A DNA stretch of 64,000 bases. Origin: Schleiferiaceae bacterium (lineage in GTDB: Bacteria; Bacteroidota; Bacteroidia; Flavobacteriales; Schleiferiaceae). Both the position numbers and the translations under genes were made by a program. The notes below the pieces were generated by a model. That model was not told the DNA's origin. It searched no databases and worked only from the letters and a program-made list of their open reading frames with translations. The stretch spans positions 13,827 through 77,826 of the forward strand of contig JAQWXR010000029.1 in the NCBI GenBank assembly GCA_029254375.1, in the 5' to 3' direction. Each line of letters starts with the position of its first letter. Positions within the stretch are counted from its first letter, which is position 1. This document shows, piece by piece, positions 1 to 9,986 of the stretch.

Positions 1-2112
1 GATGTGGCGCTCATTCGGAAAGCGTATAAGGTTGCTGCCGATGCGCATAAAGATGTGCGGCGCAAATCAGGCGAGCCGTACATCACTCATCCATTGGATG
101 TTGCGCTCATTGTAACCCGAGATATTGGCCTAGGTCCACAATCCATTGCCGCGGCGCTTTTGCACGACGTGGTGGAAGATTCGGAATATACCAAAGAGCA
201 ACTTAATCACCTGTTTGGCCCTTCTATTGCCTACATGGTGGAAGGCCTGACAAAAATTCAAGGCATTTTTGACCATCAGAGCCCCTCGTTGCAGGCGGAG
301 AACTTCCGGAAAATTCTGCTAAGCATCAGTGATGACGTCCGGGTAATCTTGATTAAAATGGCCGATCGTCTGCACAACATGCGGACCTTGGACGGCATGC
401 CCTATCACAAGCAGCTAAAGATCGCCAGTGAAACTCTGTACATCTTCGCCCCGCTTGCCCATCGAATGGGATTGTATCACATCAAATCTGAGTTTGAAGA
501 CCTCGGATTAAAGTACACGGAACCAGAGGTATATGTAGAATTGGCTGAAAAATTAGAGTTAGCCGAAGAAGATGACGCCCTTTACCTCGAACGCTTTAGT
601 CAAAGTATTGAAAGTCTGCTTGAAAATGAAGGTCTTACGTTCAACGTCAAACGTCGAAACAAAGGTGTTTTCTCGATTCGAAGGAAGATGCTTAATCAGA
701 ATATCAGTTTTGAAGAAGTTTACGACAAGTATGCCATTCGAATCATTATCAATTCTGGCCCTAAGCGCGAAAAATCGGACATCTGGAGTGTCTATTCAGT
801 AATCACCAGTGTATTTCGCCCCAACCCAAGACGTCTTCGCGATTGGATAACTGGTCCCAAAGCAAACGGCTATGAGTCTTTACATACTACCGTAATGGGA
901 CCTGAAGGACATTGGATTGAGATTCAGATCCGATCCTCTCGTATGGACGAAGAGGCGGAAAAAGGATACGCGGCCCATTGGCGGTATAAAGAGGATAATT
1001 CGGGAAATACCGCCCTGGATGAATGGGTTACAAACATTAGAGAAGCGATTAAAAATCAAAGTGAAAGTGCTGTTGAATTCGTTGATCAATTTAAACTACA
1101 ATTATTCAACGAAGAAATATTTGCCTTCACGCCCCAAGGCAAAATGCTGACTCTACCCAAGCATGCGACCGCGTTGGATTTTGCTTTTGAGATCCACACT
1201 GATATTGGCATGTCTACCCTGGGGGCTAAGGTGAATGGCAAACTTGTTCCCCTGTCGTATACGGTCTTAAGTGGCGATCAGGTACAGGTGCTCACTTCGG
1301 ACAATCAAAGGCCTCAACCGGACTGGTTAAATTGGGTGGTCACACCCAAAGCCAAGGGAAGTATCCGCAATTTCTTGCGCGAAGAGCAGCGCATGGCTCA
1401 AGAGCGAGGAAAACGAATGCTTAGCCGAATGCTAATCAAGGCCAAATCTGAGCTGAATCAGTCCAGCACCCAAAAGATGCTCAATTTTTATTCCCTCAAG
1501 AACCCAAAAGAGCTCTTTGAACGATTTGGTTCTGGACAGCTTGTCTCGGTTCATTTTCGAGAATTTGTTGAGGAAGAGTCTGGTGGCTTTTACCGAAATC
1601 TCCGCAAGCGGTTTAAGCCCAAGAATACGGCCCTTAAAGCACCAAAGGACCAATCTAGCCGAATCGTCTTTGGGCCAGATCAGGTCATCCTAGAACATCA
1701 ATTAGCCACATGCTGTCATCCCATTCAAGGCGATGCCATCTTCGGATTTATTGACGGAGATGGGATTAAGGTTCACCAAACCAATTGCCGACATGCCGTA
1801 AATCTTCAGGGACGATTCGCGGAGAAAGTCATTGTGGCGAACTGGGCTATTGGCGAACAACCTGGATTTAACGCGTTGTTACGCTTTTCAGGGATGGACC
1901 GCCCAGGCCTGATTCTGCAAGTCACCTCTTTGGTGTCTACTGGCTTGAATATCAACATTCGTTCGCTGCATATTGACAGCGGAGAAGGGATCTTTTCCGG
2001 GACTATATCGGTCCATGTGAATGATCGAAGTCAACTGATCGATGTAGCAAATAAACTAAAAGCCGTTAAGGGAATTGACCGGGTGGAGCGAGAGTTCAGC
2101 AAGAATAGCTGA
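1..2112 (+). CDS. RelA/SpoT-family (RSH) bifunctional (p)ppGpp synthetase/hydrolase, 5' end off-window
   Basis: HD hydrolase motif (LHDVVED), synthetase core (GYESLHTTV), and TGS and ACT-like C-terminal regions. The frame is open to the window edge. Confidence 0.93.
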   Translation, partial: DVALIRKAYKVAADAHKDVRRKSGEPYITHPLDVALIVTRDIGLGPQSIAAALLHDVVEDSEYTKEQLNHLFGPSIAYMVEGLTKIQGIFDHQSPSLQAENFRKILLSISDDVRVILIKMADRLHNMRTLDGMPYHKQLKIASETLYIFAPLAHRMGLYHIKSEFEDLGLKYTEPEVYVELAEKLELAEEDDALYLERFSQSIESLLENEGLTFNVKRRNKGVFSIRRKMLNQNISFEEVYDKYAIRIIINSGPKREKSDIWSVYSVITSVFRPNPRRLRDWITGPKANGYESLHTTVMGPEGHWIEIQIRSSRMDEEAEKGYAAHWRYKEDNSGNTALDEWVTNIREAIKNQSESAVEFVDQFKLQLFNEEIFAFTPQGKMLTLPKHATALDFAFEIHTDIGMSTLGAKVNGKLVPLSYTVLSGDQVQVLTSDNQRPQPDWLNWVVTPKAKGSIRNFLREEQRMAQERGKRMLSRMLIKAKSELNQSSTQKMLNFYSLKNPKELFERFGSGQLVSVHFREFVEEESGGFYRNLRKRFKPKNTALKAPKDQSSRIVFGPDQVILEHQLATCCHPIQGDAIFGFIDGDGIKVHQTNCRHAVNLQGRFAEKVIVANWAIGEQPGFNALLRFSGMDRPGLILQVTSLVSTGLNINIRSLHIDSGEGIFSGTISVHVNDRSQLIDVANKLKAVKGIDRVEREFSKNS

Positions 2113-2133
2113 AGAAATAACCAGTTAAAGCCT

Positions 2134-2745
2134 TCAAGGCATTCCAATGTACTTATGTGTCTGAAGGGACAGTCGCCATTGAGGATTGAGTTCGAGGAAG
2201 TCAATTATCATGGGTAAAGTCTTATCCCGTCGACTCCATTCAGGCTGCAAATACAAGATGCATTGGTCCGAACATTTTGATGCGTGCTCTTGCGCCCAAC
2301 GCAAATCATCTTGATTGTAGACAATGACTTTTAATTCATGGGCCACTTCATACCATTCGGGTCGCGGCGCTTTAGTCTTTTTGGGAGAAAGACAAATCCA
2401 GTCCCAGGCCCCTGTCAAGGGATAGGCGCCAGAGGTCTCGAGATGCACGCGCTTTTTGGCGGATTTCAACTTCGCTGTTAACGGAGTCATATTCCACATA
2501 AGTGGCTCACCTCCAGTAATCACGGTAATTTCATCTTCCTTCCTGAGCATAGCCACCATGGCATCAATTGGAGTTACTGGATGCTTTCCGGCATCCCATG
2601 ACTCTTTGACGTCGCACCAATGGCACCCCACATCACATCCTCCGATTCGGAAAAAAAAAGACGGTCGCCCAGTATGCGCACCTTCGCCTTGGACGGTGCG
2701 AAATGCCTCCATCAACGGGAGGTTTAATGGATCAGCCGCGACCAT
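2134..2745 (-). CDS. queE: 7-carboxy-7-deazaguanine synthase (radical SAM)
   Basis: N-terminal TVQGEG and a CDVGCHWCD Cys cluster, about 200 aa. Overlaps the folD stop by 14 nt. Confidence 0.85.
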   Translation of the reverse strand: MVAADPLNLPLMEAFRTVQGEGAHTGRPSFFFRIGGCDVGCHWCDVKESWDAGKHPVTPIDAMVAMLRKEDEITVITGGEPLMWNMTPLTAKLKSAKKRVHLETSGAYPLTGAWDWICLSPKKTKAPRPEWYEVAHELKVIVYNQDDLRWAQEHASKCSDQCILYLQPEWSRRDKTLPMIIDFLELNPQWRLSLQTHKYIGMP

Positions 2746-3589
2746 CTGCAGCGCGCAAAGTGTTCATTAACAATCCTACTCGGGTCATTAAGCCAACTCC
2801 ACCCGGAACGGGCGAAATCGCCGAAACAATGGGCTCGACTCGATCAAAATCAACGTCACCCACTAATTTTTCACCTACACGGTTGATCCCCACATCAATG
2901 ACAATGGCACCTGCTTTCACATGCTCGGATTGTATATAGAATGGCTTGCCAATTGCTGCTATTAAAATGTCTGCTTGCTTAGTGATCTCTGCTAAGTTGG
3001 GTGTTTTGCTATGCGTCAAGGTGGCCGTCGCGTTGCCAAGTTTGCCGTTTCGGCCTAGAAGTATACTCATAGGTGAGCCTACAATATGGCTTCGCCCTAC
3101 AATCACCGCATGCTTTCCTTCCGTACTCAAACCATAGTGCTCCATGAGAAGAAGCACCCCGTATGGGGTCGCAGGTAAATAGGTGGGCAAGCCCAGGGCC
3201 ATGCGTCCCACATTATCCGGATGAAATCCATCGACATCCTTTTCCGGATCAATGGCAAGGAGGATTCGCTTGTCATCCATGCCTTTTGGCAAGGGCAATT
3301 GAACGATGTATCCGCTAACACTGGGATTTCCATTGAGCTTTCGAACCTCCTGGAGAACCTCCTCTTCCGAAGCGGATTCCGGGAGGTGAATCAAGGTTGA
3401 CTCAAAACCTACTTCCTCGCAATCTCGCACCTTTCCTCGCACATAGGCCGAAGAGGCGGGATCATTGCCAATGAGGATTGCCGCCAAATGCGGTCGACTC
3501 TTGCCAATGGCTAAACGTTTTTCGACGTCCGTCTTAATCTTTTCCTTCCATGCCGCGGAGGCAATTTTACCGCTAAGTAACTGTGCCAT
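2732..3589 (-). CDS. folD: bifunctional methylenetetrahydrofolate dehydrogenase / methenyl-THF cyclohydrolase
   Basis: Typical FolD length (285 aa) with YVRGK, VQLPLP and GRSxIVG motifs and a PGGVGxMT C-terminus. Confidence 0.93.
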   Translation of the reverse strand: MAQLLSGKIASAAWKEKIKTDVEKRLAIGKSRPHLAAILIGNDPASSAYVRGKVRDCEEVGFESTLIHLPESASEEEVLQEVRKLNGNPSVSGYIVQLPLPKGMDDKRILLAIDPEKDVDGFHPDNVGRMALGLPTYLPATPYGVLLLMEHYGLSTEGKHAVIVGRSHIVGSPMSILLGRNGKLGNATATLTHSKTPNLAEITKQADILIAAIGKPFYIQSEHVKAGAIVIDVGINRVGEKLVGDVDFDRVEPIVSAISPVPGGVGLMTRVGLLMNTLRAADGRG

Positions 3590-4923
3590 TATTTCGGCAT
3601 GTTTTTCATCATGTTCATCATATTCTGACGGCCACCTTTGCCCTGCATCATTTTCATCATTTTGCTCATGTCTTCAAATTGCTTGACCAACTTGTTGACG
3701 TCCGCCACACTGCGACCGGCACCTTTGGCAATTCGGACACGACGGGCGCCATTGAGAAGACTTGGCTGAGCTCGCTCGGAAGGCGTCATGGATTTGATCA
3801 TGGCCTCAACATGTTTGAATGCGTCATCCGGAATATCCATGTCCTTCATCGCTTTGCCCACGCCGGGAATCATGCCCATTAGGTCTTTCATAGAACCCAT
3901 CTTTTTAACCTGCTGAATCTGGTCGAGAAAGTCGTCAAAACCAAAAGAGTTGTTGGCGATCTTCTTGGACATCTTTCGCGCAGACTCTTGATCGAACTGC
4001 TCTTGGGCACGCTCAACCAAAGAAATGACGTCCCCCATACCGAGAATTCGGTCGGCCATCCGCTCGGGATAAAAGACATCCAAAGCATCCATTTTTTCGC
4101 CGGTACCGATGAACTTAATCGGCACCTCCACGACACTTCGGATCGTCAATGCCGCTCCTCCGCGTGTATCGCCATCTAACTTGGTTAGAATAACCCCGCT
4201 ATAGCTGAGGGCATCATGAAAGGCCTTGGCGGTATTCACCGCATCCTGACCTGTCATGGAGTCCACCACAAATAGAGTTTCTTGCGGCTGAACGGCCACG
4301 TGGATAGCTTTGATTTCGGCCATTAAGGCCTCATCTACCGCAAGTCGGCCCGCGGTGTCAATCAAGAGGTAATTATACCCTTCAACTATCGCTTTTTGCT
4401 GTGCCTTCTGAGCAATGACCACAGGGTCTTTCTCTTCCGGCATGGAGAACACTTCAATCTCCACCTGTCCACCCAGGGTTTGGAGCTGATCAATGGCCGC
4501 CGGACGATAGACGTCGGCCGCTACGAGTAATACTTTTCGGCCTTTTTTGCGCTTCAGATGAGACCCTAATTTGGCGACAAATGTTGTTTTACCCGAACCC
4601 TGTAATCCGGCCATGAGGACGGTTTGTAAGCCAGTCCCTGAGGCAATCTCTACGGCTTGGCCTCCCATAAGGAGTGCCATTTCATCGCGAACAATTTTAA
4701 CTAAAGCTTGACCTGGCTGAATGGCCTTAATCACATCTTGACCCATCGCTCGGTCCTTGACACGGTCCGTGAAATCCTTGGCAATTTTAAAATTGACGTC
4801 GGCGTCCACCAAAGCACGGCGGATTTCTTTGATCGTTTCTGCAATATTGATATCCGTGATTCGACCCCGCCCGCTGAGGCGATGAATCGCTGAATCAATT
4901 CGTTCCGTTAAACCTTCAAACAT
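3589..4923 (-). CDS. ffh: signal recognition particle protein
   Basis: NG domain with GLQGSGKTT P-loop and DTAGR, plus a Met-rich M-domain tail. Confidence 0.95.
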   Translation of the reverse strand: MFEGLTERIDSAIHRLSGRGRITDINIAETIKEIRRALVDADVNFKIAKDFTDRVKDRAMGQDVIKAIQPGQALVKIVRDEMALLMGGQAVEIASGTGLQTVLMAGLQGSGKTTFVAKLGSHLKRKKGRKVLLVAADVYRPAAIDQLQTLGGQVEIEVFSMPEEKDPVVIAQKAQQKAIVEGYNYLLIDTAGRLAVDEALMAEIKAIHVAVQPQETLFVVDSMTGQDAVNTAKAFHDALSYSGVILTKLDGDTRGGAALTIRSVVEVPIKFIGTGEKMDALDVFYPERMADRILGMGDVISLVERAQEQFDQESARKMSKKIANNSFGFDDFLDQIQQVKKMGSMKDLMGMIPGVGKAMKDMDIPDDAFKHVEAMIKSMTPSERAQPSLLNGARRVRIAKGAGRSVADVNKLVKQFEDMSKMMKMMQGKGGRQNMMNMMKNMPK

Positions 4924-4947
4924 AGTATGACTAATCTAGGCACAAAG

Positions 4948-5667
4948 TTAACCCATCTTGGGTAGCTTAAGGGGAAGATCTATGGCCAAAACAAAGGCGT
5001 CTTCCATGGCCGTCACGGCATAGGTTTCTTGTCCCGAAAGGCCAGCAGCGTCACGCGTTTTCAAGGCTTGCATTTCGAGTTGGATTGCTCCTTCGATTAC
5101 GAAAAAATACACTCCATTTTCTTCGCGGCGGCAGGGATAATCACGGCGTTCACCGGCGGGAATCCGAGTCAAGTTAAACCAAGCTTGTTGGTGAATCTCT
5201 AGACCACTACCCTGCCCCATTGGGTTAACTACCGCATGCCATTCACGCTTCACGCTTTCGACGTCGTAATATTTTTGTGCGTACTGAGGACTCACATTTC
5301 GCTCTTCGGGAAAGATCCATATCTGCAAAAGGGTACAAGGCTCATCTGCATTGGCATTGTATTCAGAGTGGGATACACCGGTGCCGGCCGACATCGCTTG
5401 AACCTCACCTGCATGCAAAATCTCTTTGTTCCCCATGGAGTCCTGGTGCTCTAATGCCCCACTCAGAGGAATGGTGACAATTTCCATATTGTCATGCGGA
5501 TGCTTTCCAAAACCAGTGCCCCCGGCGATCCAATCATCATTCAAAACACGCAACACGCCAAAATGAACGCGTTCCGGGTTGTGATAGGAGGCGAAGGAGA
5601 AAGTATGATGGCTATTAAGCCAGCCGTGATTGGCGTGGCCGCGGCTTGTCGCAGGGTGGAGAATCAT
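4948..5667 (-). CDS. pirin family protein (cupin)
   Basis: N-terminal HxH...HPH pirin signature (GFGKHPHDNMEIVT), 239 aa. Confidence 0.85.
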   Translation of the reverse strand: MILHPATSRGHANHGWLNSHHTFSFASYHNPERVHFGVLRVLNDDWIAGGTGFGKHPHDNMEIVTIPLSGALEHQDSMGNKEILHAGEVQAMSAGTGVSHSEYNANADEPCTLLQIWIFPEERNVSPQYAQKYYDVESVKREWHAVVNPMGQGSGLEIHQQAWFNLTRIPAGERRDYPCRREENGVYFFVIEGAIQLEMQALKTRDAAGLSGQETYAVTAMEDAFVLAIDLPLKLPKMG

Positions 5668-5726
5668 GGGCTAAATTTTAAAGGAATACACAGCGCAATT
5701 CTGAATTGTGTTCAAAGGTAATCGGA

Positions 5727-5758
5727 TCAAAACACAAACACCGGCAGAGAAGCCGGTG
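5727..5758 (-). terminator. rho-independent terminator candidate downstream of the PDZ gene
   Basis: 7-bp GC-rich stem CACCGGC/GCCGGTG (5739-5758), followed on the minus strand by TTTGTGTTTTG. Confidence 0.55.
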
Positions 5759-5786
5759 CTGCTATAAATTTCAAGTATGAATCTGC

Positions 5787-6854
5787 TTAGTTTTCAACTT
5801 TCTTGATGATGATTACTTTCACGCGCTTCTCCCCGTTCTCTCCGTCTTCTTCGCTTATTTGGACATCTTCCAAATCCAGTCCAAAGAGGTCTTCAGTCTT
5901 GACTTTTAGTTCTGCGGATCCATTGGGCATCGCTGGAATCATAGCACCCTGAGGTCGGAGATTTCTCGTTGGGGCGGAGGGAATGAGGAAGCCGCTGGCT
6001 TTTTTCTTCTTGCCGTCTCGGCGGTACCTGATTTCGATAGGGTCACCTGTAAACTTGGCTGCCATTTCGGCCATCATGCTTTCCTCGCTAAAAACGGTCT
6101 GGCCGTCTACTGCCACAATGATGTCTCCTGTTTTCAAACCCAGGGCAGCAGCGGTTGAGCTTTGAATGACCTCCACCACGAACGCGCCTTGGATGTCCTC
6201 GCGCTTTTCCAGTTTCACACCAAGGATTCCTTTATCCGAAACCTTGAAGAAGGTATTTCCAACACCAGAAATGACTTCGTTCCAAAGCAAGTCAGAACCC
6301 ATGCCATCCCCCTTGAACATGAATGCATGAGGCTCGCCAGAGAAGGCACCTTCGGGGAGGTCTAGGCCGTCCAGGTGAATCATGACGTCTTCTAAGTTTT
6401 CACCCTCAGCGAGCTTGGTCCGTTTCATCACCCGAACGATCACCTTAGTAGAGTCGCCCGAAACGATAGTATCGACGGACATTTCCGTTCTCTCGCTCAT
6501 CGGGTGCATGCGGTGCATTGACGCCTCGCCGTGCTGCACTTGGCCACGTTGAATGCGGTAGCCAGTGGAGACTCGGGGCTCGTTAGCGCCCTTTTTGCAT
6601 GCACCGCAGCATGGAGCGCCTGCTTGGCCTTCGCCCTGAGCACAGCGCTCTTTTTTGGTAACGGGTTCCGCACAGTAGGATTTGGCTCCTTCTGCGGGCT
6701 TTTCCGCAAAGGCTTCCTTCTGGTCAGGTGTTTTTTCAGCGCAGGCCGTTTGTTCCGTCTTTTTATCACTACAACAGGCCTTGGGCGTTTCTTGAGCTAG
6801 CGCTCCCATGCTCAGACCGAGTCCAACGATGAGGCCAAGAACATATGTTTTCAT
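5787..6854 (-). CDS. secreted Cys/Met/His-rich protein with C-terminal PDZ domain
   Basis: Signal peptide MKTYVLGLIVGLGLSMGALAQ begins at the internal Met (6854). Contains an 8-Cys low-complexity tract and a PDZ-like segment (GAFVVEVIQSSTAAALGLKTGDIIVAVDG). Confidence 0.7.
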   Translation of the reverse strand: MKTYVLGLIVGLGLSMGALAQETPKACCSDKKTEQTACAEKTPDQKEAFAEKPAEGAKSYCAEPVTKKERCAQGEGQAGAPCCGACKKGANEPRVSTGYRIQRGQVQHGEASMHRMHPMSERTEMSVDTIVSGDSTKVIVRVMKRTKLAEGENLEDVMIHLDGLDLPEGAFSGEPHAFMFKGDGMGSDLLWNEVISGVGNTFFKVSDKGILGVKLEKREDIQGAFVVEVIQSSTAAALGLKTGDIIVAVDGQTVFSEESMMAEMAAKFTGDPIEIRYRRDGKKKKASGFLIPSAPTRNLRPQGAMIPAMPNGSAELKVKTEDLFGLDLEDVQISEEDGENGEKRVKVIIIKKVEN

Positions 6855-6943
6855 TATGGTCAGTTTACTAAAGGTTTCCAAGCAAAGATACCTTGCCTTC
6901 CACCATTAGCACCGCACACCTGTTCGCGCTGTATCTTTCGACT

Positions 6944-8149
6944 ATGCGCACAATTCTTCGAAATATGGCGGTTTGGGTAGCCGCACTAGGCTACTTCGTG
7001 GATATATATGATTTGTTATTATTCAGCATCATCCGAGTGCCTAGCTTGGAGTCTCTGGGTGCTATGAATGTCTTCGAATCCGGATTGCTCATTATCAATA
7101 TGCAGATGCTCGGTTTGTTGCTGGGCGGAATTCTCTGGGGGGTATTGGGCGATAAACTCGGTCGTACCCGGGTTCTTTTCCTGTCTATTCTCATATATTC
7201 TATAGCCAACATCGCCAATGGCTTTGTACAAAACCTCGATCAATACACATGGATCCGTTTCATTGCGGGTATTGGGCTCGCCGGGGAGCTCGGAGCTGGA
7301 ATCACCCTAGTGGCAGAGTTACTGCCTAAGGATAAACGCGGCTTAGGCACTTCTTTGGTCGCTGGGATAGGGCTAACTGGAGCCGTTGCAGCCTTCTTTA
7401 TCGCTCAGAATTTTGAATGGCGCACGTGCTACTTTATAGGTGGCGGGATGGGCTTCCTTCTCTTGTTCTTAAGATTGGGTGTCTTTGAATCAAACCTTTT
7501 TGAGCAAACCGTTAAAAAAACACATGTGGCTCGAGGGAATTTCCTTGCTCTGTTTGCCAACCGTGAACGCGCACTTCGTTATCTGCGTTGCATTCTCATT
7601 GGGCTTCCCACGTGGTTTGTTATTGGTATTTTGGTCAGTTTTTCCAAAGAATTTGGAAGCTATCTCGGCATTCAAGAACCGATTGATCCAGGCCGAGGAA
7701 TTCTCTATTCTTATGCAGCCATTGCGGTAGGCGATGTGTTGATTGGACTCTTATCTCAAAAGCTTCAAAGCCGTAAAAAGGCACTTCACGTTTTTTACGG
7801 GATTACCGTGTTGGGAATGATTTTGTTCTTCAATTCGAGTTCCGCCGAAATGCTATACTTCGCCTGTGGCGTCCTCGGTTTTGGCACTGGCTTTTGGGCC
7901 ATTTTTGTCACCATTGGCGCAGAGAACTTCGGAACGAACCTTCGCGCCACGGCCGCAACAACGATTCCCAATATGGTTCGTGGATCATTGAACGGAATTT
8001 CGGCATTATTTCTCTTTTTGGTGGCCCAGACGAGTTATATATCGGCAGGAATTTGGACCGCCGTCATTGTGATGGCCATCACCTACTGGGCGGTCTCTGG
8101 ATTAAAGGAAACCTTTGGAAAGGACTTGGACTACCTCGAAGAAGACTGA
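6944..8149 (+). CDS. MFS transporter
   Basis: Multi-TM protein with the MFS loop motif GDKLGRTR. The ATG at 6944 is preferred over the TTG at 6893. Confidence 0.8.
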   Translation: MRTILRNMAVWVAALGYFVDIYDLLLFSIIRVPSLESLGAMNVFESGLLIINMQMLGLLLGGILWGVLGDKLGRTRVLFLSILIYSIANIANGFVQNLDQYTWIRFIAGIGLAGELGAGITLVAELLPKDKRGLGTSLVAGIGLTGAVAAFFIAQNFEWRTCYFIGGGMGFLLLFLRLGVFESNLFEQTVKKTHVARGNFLALFANRERALRYLRCILIGLPTWFVIGILVSFSKEFGSYLGIQEPIDPGRGILYSYAAIAVGDVLIGLLSQKLQSRKKALHVFYGITVLGMILFFNSSSAEMLYFACGVLGFGTGFWAIFVTIGAENFGTNLRATAATTIPNMVRGSLNGISALFLFLVAQTSYISAGIWTAVIVMAITYWAVSGLKETFGKDLDYLEED

Positions 8150-8199
8150 ATAGGATGAAGGCCGGCGATACTTGGGGCGGAAAGAAGTAGTTTTGAGCC

Positions 8200-8826
8200 A
8201 TGCCTGTAGTCATACGTTCCAGCCCTCTTCGTATCCACTTGGACCGGAATAGGTTTTTGGACTTCCCGGAATTGGAAGTGCATGCAGGTGAAATGCTCTT
8301 AATCCAAGGAACTTCGGGTGCCGGAAAGTCGACCTGGATGCATGCCCTTGCTGGAATGATACCCTTATCCTCGGGCCAAATTGAAATCCCTGGGCATGGA
8401 ACTCTTCGAGCGGGCCAATCGGTCCCTAAATCATGGCGACGACATGCCGTTTCCGTGCTGCCTCAGCGCGCATTTTTTTGGAATAGCCTGAGCCTAGGGG
8501 AAAATTTATCCTTGGCCGCGTGGGCGAAAGGCTTGGATAGTGCCGATGTGGACTTGGATCGTCTCGGGCTTTCAGAGCAGGCCGCGCAGTCCGCCCACAG
8601 TCTTAGCATGGGCGAGCAACAACGGGTCTCCGCTTTGCGGGCTTTTTTATCCTCCAGTCCTGTCCTCCTTGCAGATGAACCCACGGCTTCCTTGGATGAC
8701 GCCAACGCCACCAACATGATGAAACTTCTACGCGCCCAGCAAGCCAAGCAGGACTGCGGTATTATCTTGGCGAGCCATGACCAGAGGGTCCTGCCTTATG
8801 CAGACCGACTCATTTTGCTACCATGA
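8200..8826 (+). CDS. ABC transporter ATP-binding protein
   Basis: Walker A GTSGAGKST, signature LSMGEQQRV, Walker B LLADEPT, H-loop SHD. Confidence 0.9.
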   Translation: MPVVIRSSPLRIHLDRNRFLDFPELEVHAGEMLLIQGTSGAGKSTWMHALAGMIPLSSGQIEIPGHGTLRAGQSVPKSWRRHAVSVLPQRAFFWNSLSLGENLSLAAWAKGLDSADVDLDRLGLSEQAAQSAHSLSMGEQQRVSALRAFLSSSPVLLADEPTASLDDANATNMMKLLRAQQAKQDCGIILASHDQRVLPYADRLILLP

Positions 8827-9986
8827 AGGCCCTGCACTTTGCCTTTAAAACCCTCTGGAGTCGCAAACTCAGTAGCCTATTTATTGCCCTAATCTGGGCC
8901 ATGGGACTGCTCGGACTTGCTGCCACCCAGCGCGTAGAGCGCAGCATGAAAGCCCAATTAGTCCGTACGCTCGAGGGGAGTGATTTCTTACTCTGTGCGA
9001 AGGGCTCACCCACCCAAGCCATTCTCGCCAATATTTTTCACATCGATCAAGCGACGGGCAATATACCGTTAGAAGAATCGGAGAAATACTTGACCCATCC
9101 AGACCTCCTAAATATTCGCCGACTTGCCTATGGTGATACGTATCAAGGTAGCCGAATCCTCGGCTGTGATTCAGCCACTTGGATGCATATAGCAGCTCCC
9201 AAACTAGAGGGCCGATGGCCCGAGCAGGTCATGGAGGTGGTCGTTGGCTCCCATGTAGCCAAGCTTCATGGATTACACTTAGGGGATGAATTTCACGGAA
9301 GCCACGGGGCCGTCGATGACTTGGGGTATCATGAAGAGCACCACTATCACATCGTTGGAATCCTCCAAAGTCCGGAAGTTCATTGGAATGACCTCGTATT
9401 AACCTCTCTCGAGAGTATCTGGGCGGTCCACGAGGGAGAGCCACACAATTACACGGCGGTCCTCGCACGTATTGATCAAGCAATGACCCGTTTGATGCTC
9501 CCCGGGCAAATACAGCGAAGCAGCACCATGATGGCCGTCTCCCCTGCGATGGAAGCCAATCGAATGGTCGGCTGGATGAATCAAGGCGGGCAAGTGATTG
9601 AGGCTATGGCCTGGTTGCTCACAGTTATTGCCTTCCTATCCATGGTTTTACTCCTTCAGAGTCACATCCGTGAACGTTTGCCCGAATATGCCTTGTTGCG
9701 AGCCATGGGAGGGACCTGGGGCCAAATTGCATGCGTCGTCTTGGGCCAAAACCTCCTGCTCGCGCTGCTCGCGGTGGGCTTGACGTATCTCGGTCTTGCT
9801 GTAGCTTTTTGGACACAAGGGGGCTGGCTGCCCGTTGGCGCCATCTTGCTTGCTTCGGATTGGTGGATGCTCCAATTTGATCTCTCTTGGTGGGCCTTAA
9901 CGCTTTTTTTGGCACTTTTTGCTGGAATAGGGCCTTGGATTTGGCTACAAAAAATACCTTTGCACCGTGCGTTGGTCGATCATTAA
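8823..9986 (+). CDS. ABC transporter permease, FtsX/MacB-type with large periplasmic loop
   Basis: TM1, a roughly 230-aa loop, then three C-terminal TMs (FtsX-like topology). ATGA overlap with the ATPase gene. Confidence 0.75.
   Translation: MKALHFAFKTLWSRKLSSLFIALIWAMGLLGLAATQRVERSMKAQLVRTLEGSDFLLCAKGSPTQAILANIFHIDQATGNIPLEESEKYLTHPDLLNIRRLAYGDTYQGSRILGCDSATWMHIAAPKLEGRWPEQVMEVVVGSHVAKLHGLHLGDEFHGSHGAVDDLGYHEEHHYHIVGILQSPEVHWNDLVLTSLESIWAVHEGEPHNYTAVLARIDQAMTRLMLPGQIQRSSTMMAVSPAMEANRMVGWMNQGGQVIEAMAWLLTVIAFLSMVLLLQSHIRERLPEYALLRAMGGTWGQIACVVLGQNLLLALLAVGLTYLGLAVAFWTQGGWLPVGAILLASDWWMLQFDLSWWALTLFLALFAGIGPWIWLQKIPLHRALVDH

Noticed and set aside
2651-2659. An A9 homopolymer (T9 on the coding strand, encoding FFF) inside queE, considered as a possible slipped-strand phase-variation tract.
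   Set aside because: queE is a housekeeping tRNA-modification gene. The run codes a plausible conserved hydrophobic stretch (PSFFFRIGGC) next to the radical-SAM Cys cluster, and there is no sign of a frameshifted copy.
6497-6800. Two ORFs, 6497-6769 (-) and 6531-6800 (+), within the Cys-rich region of the PDZ gene.
   Set aside because: They are low-complexity alternate-frame translations of the Lys/Ala/Glu-rich tract. The frame with the signal peptide and PDZ domain is clearly the real one.
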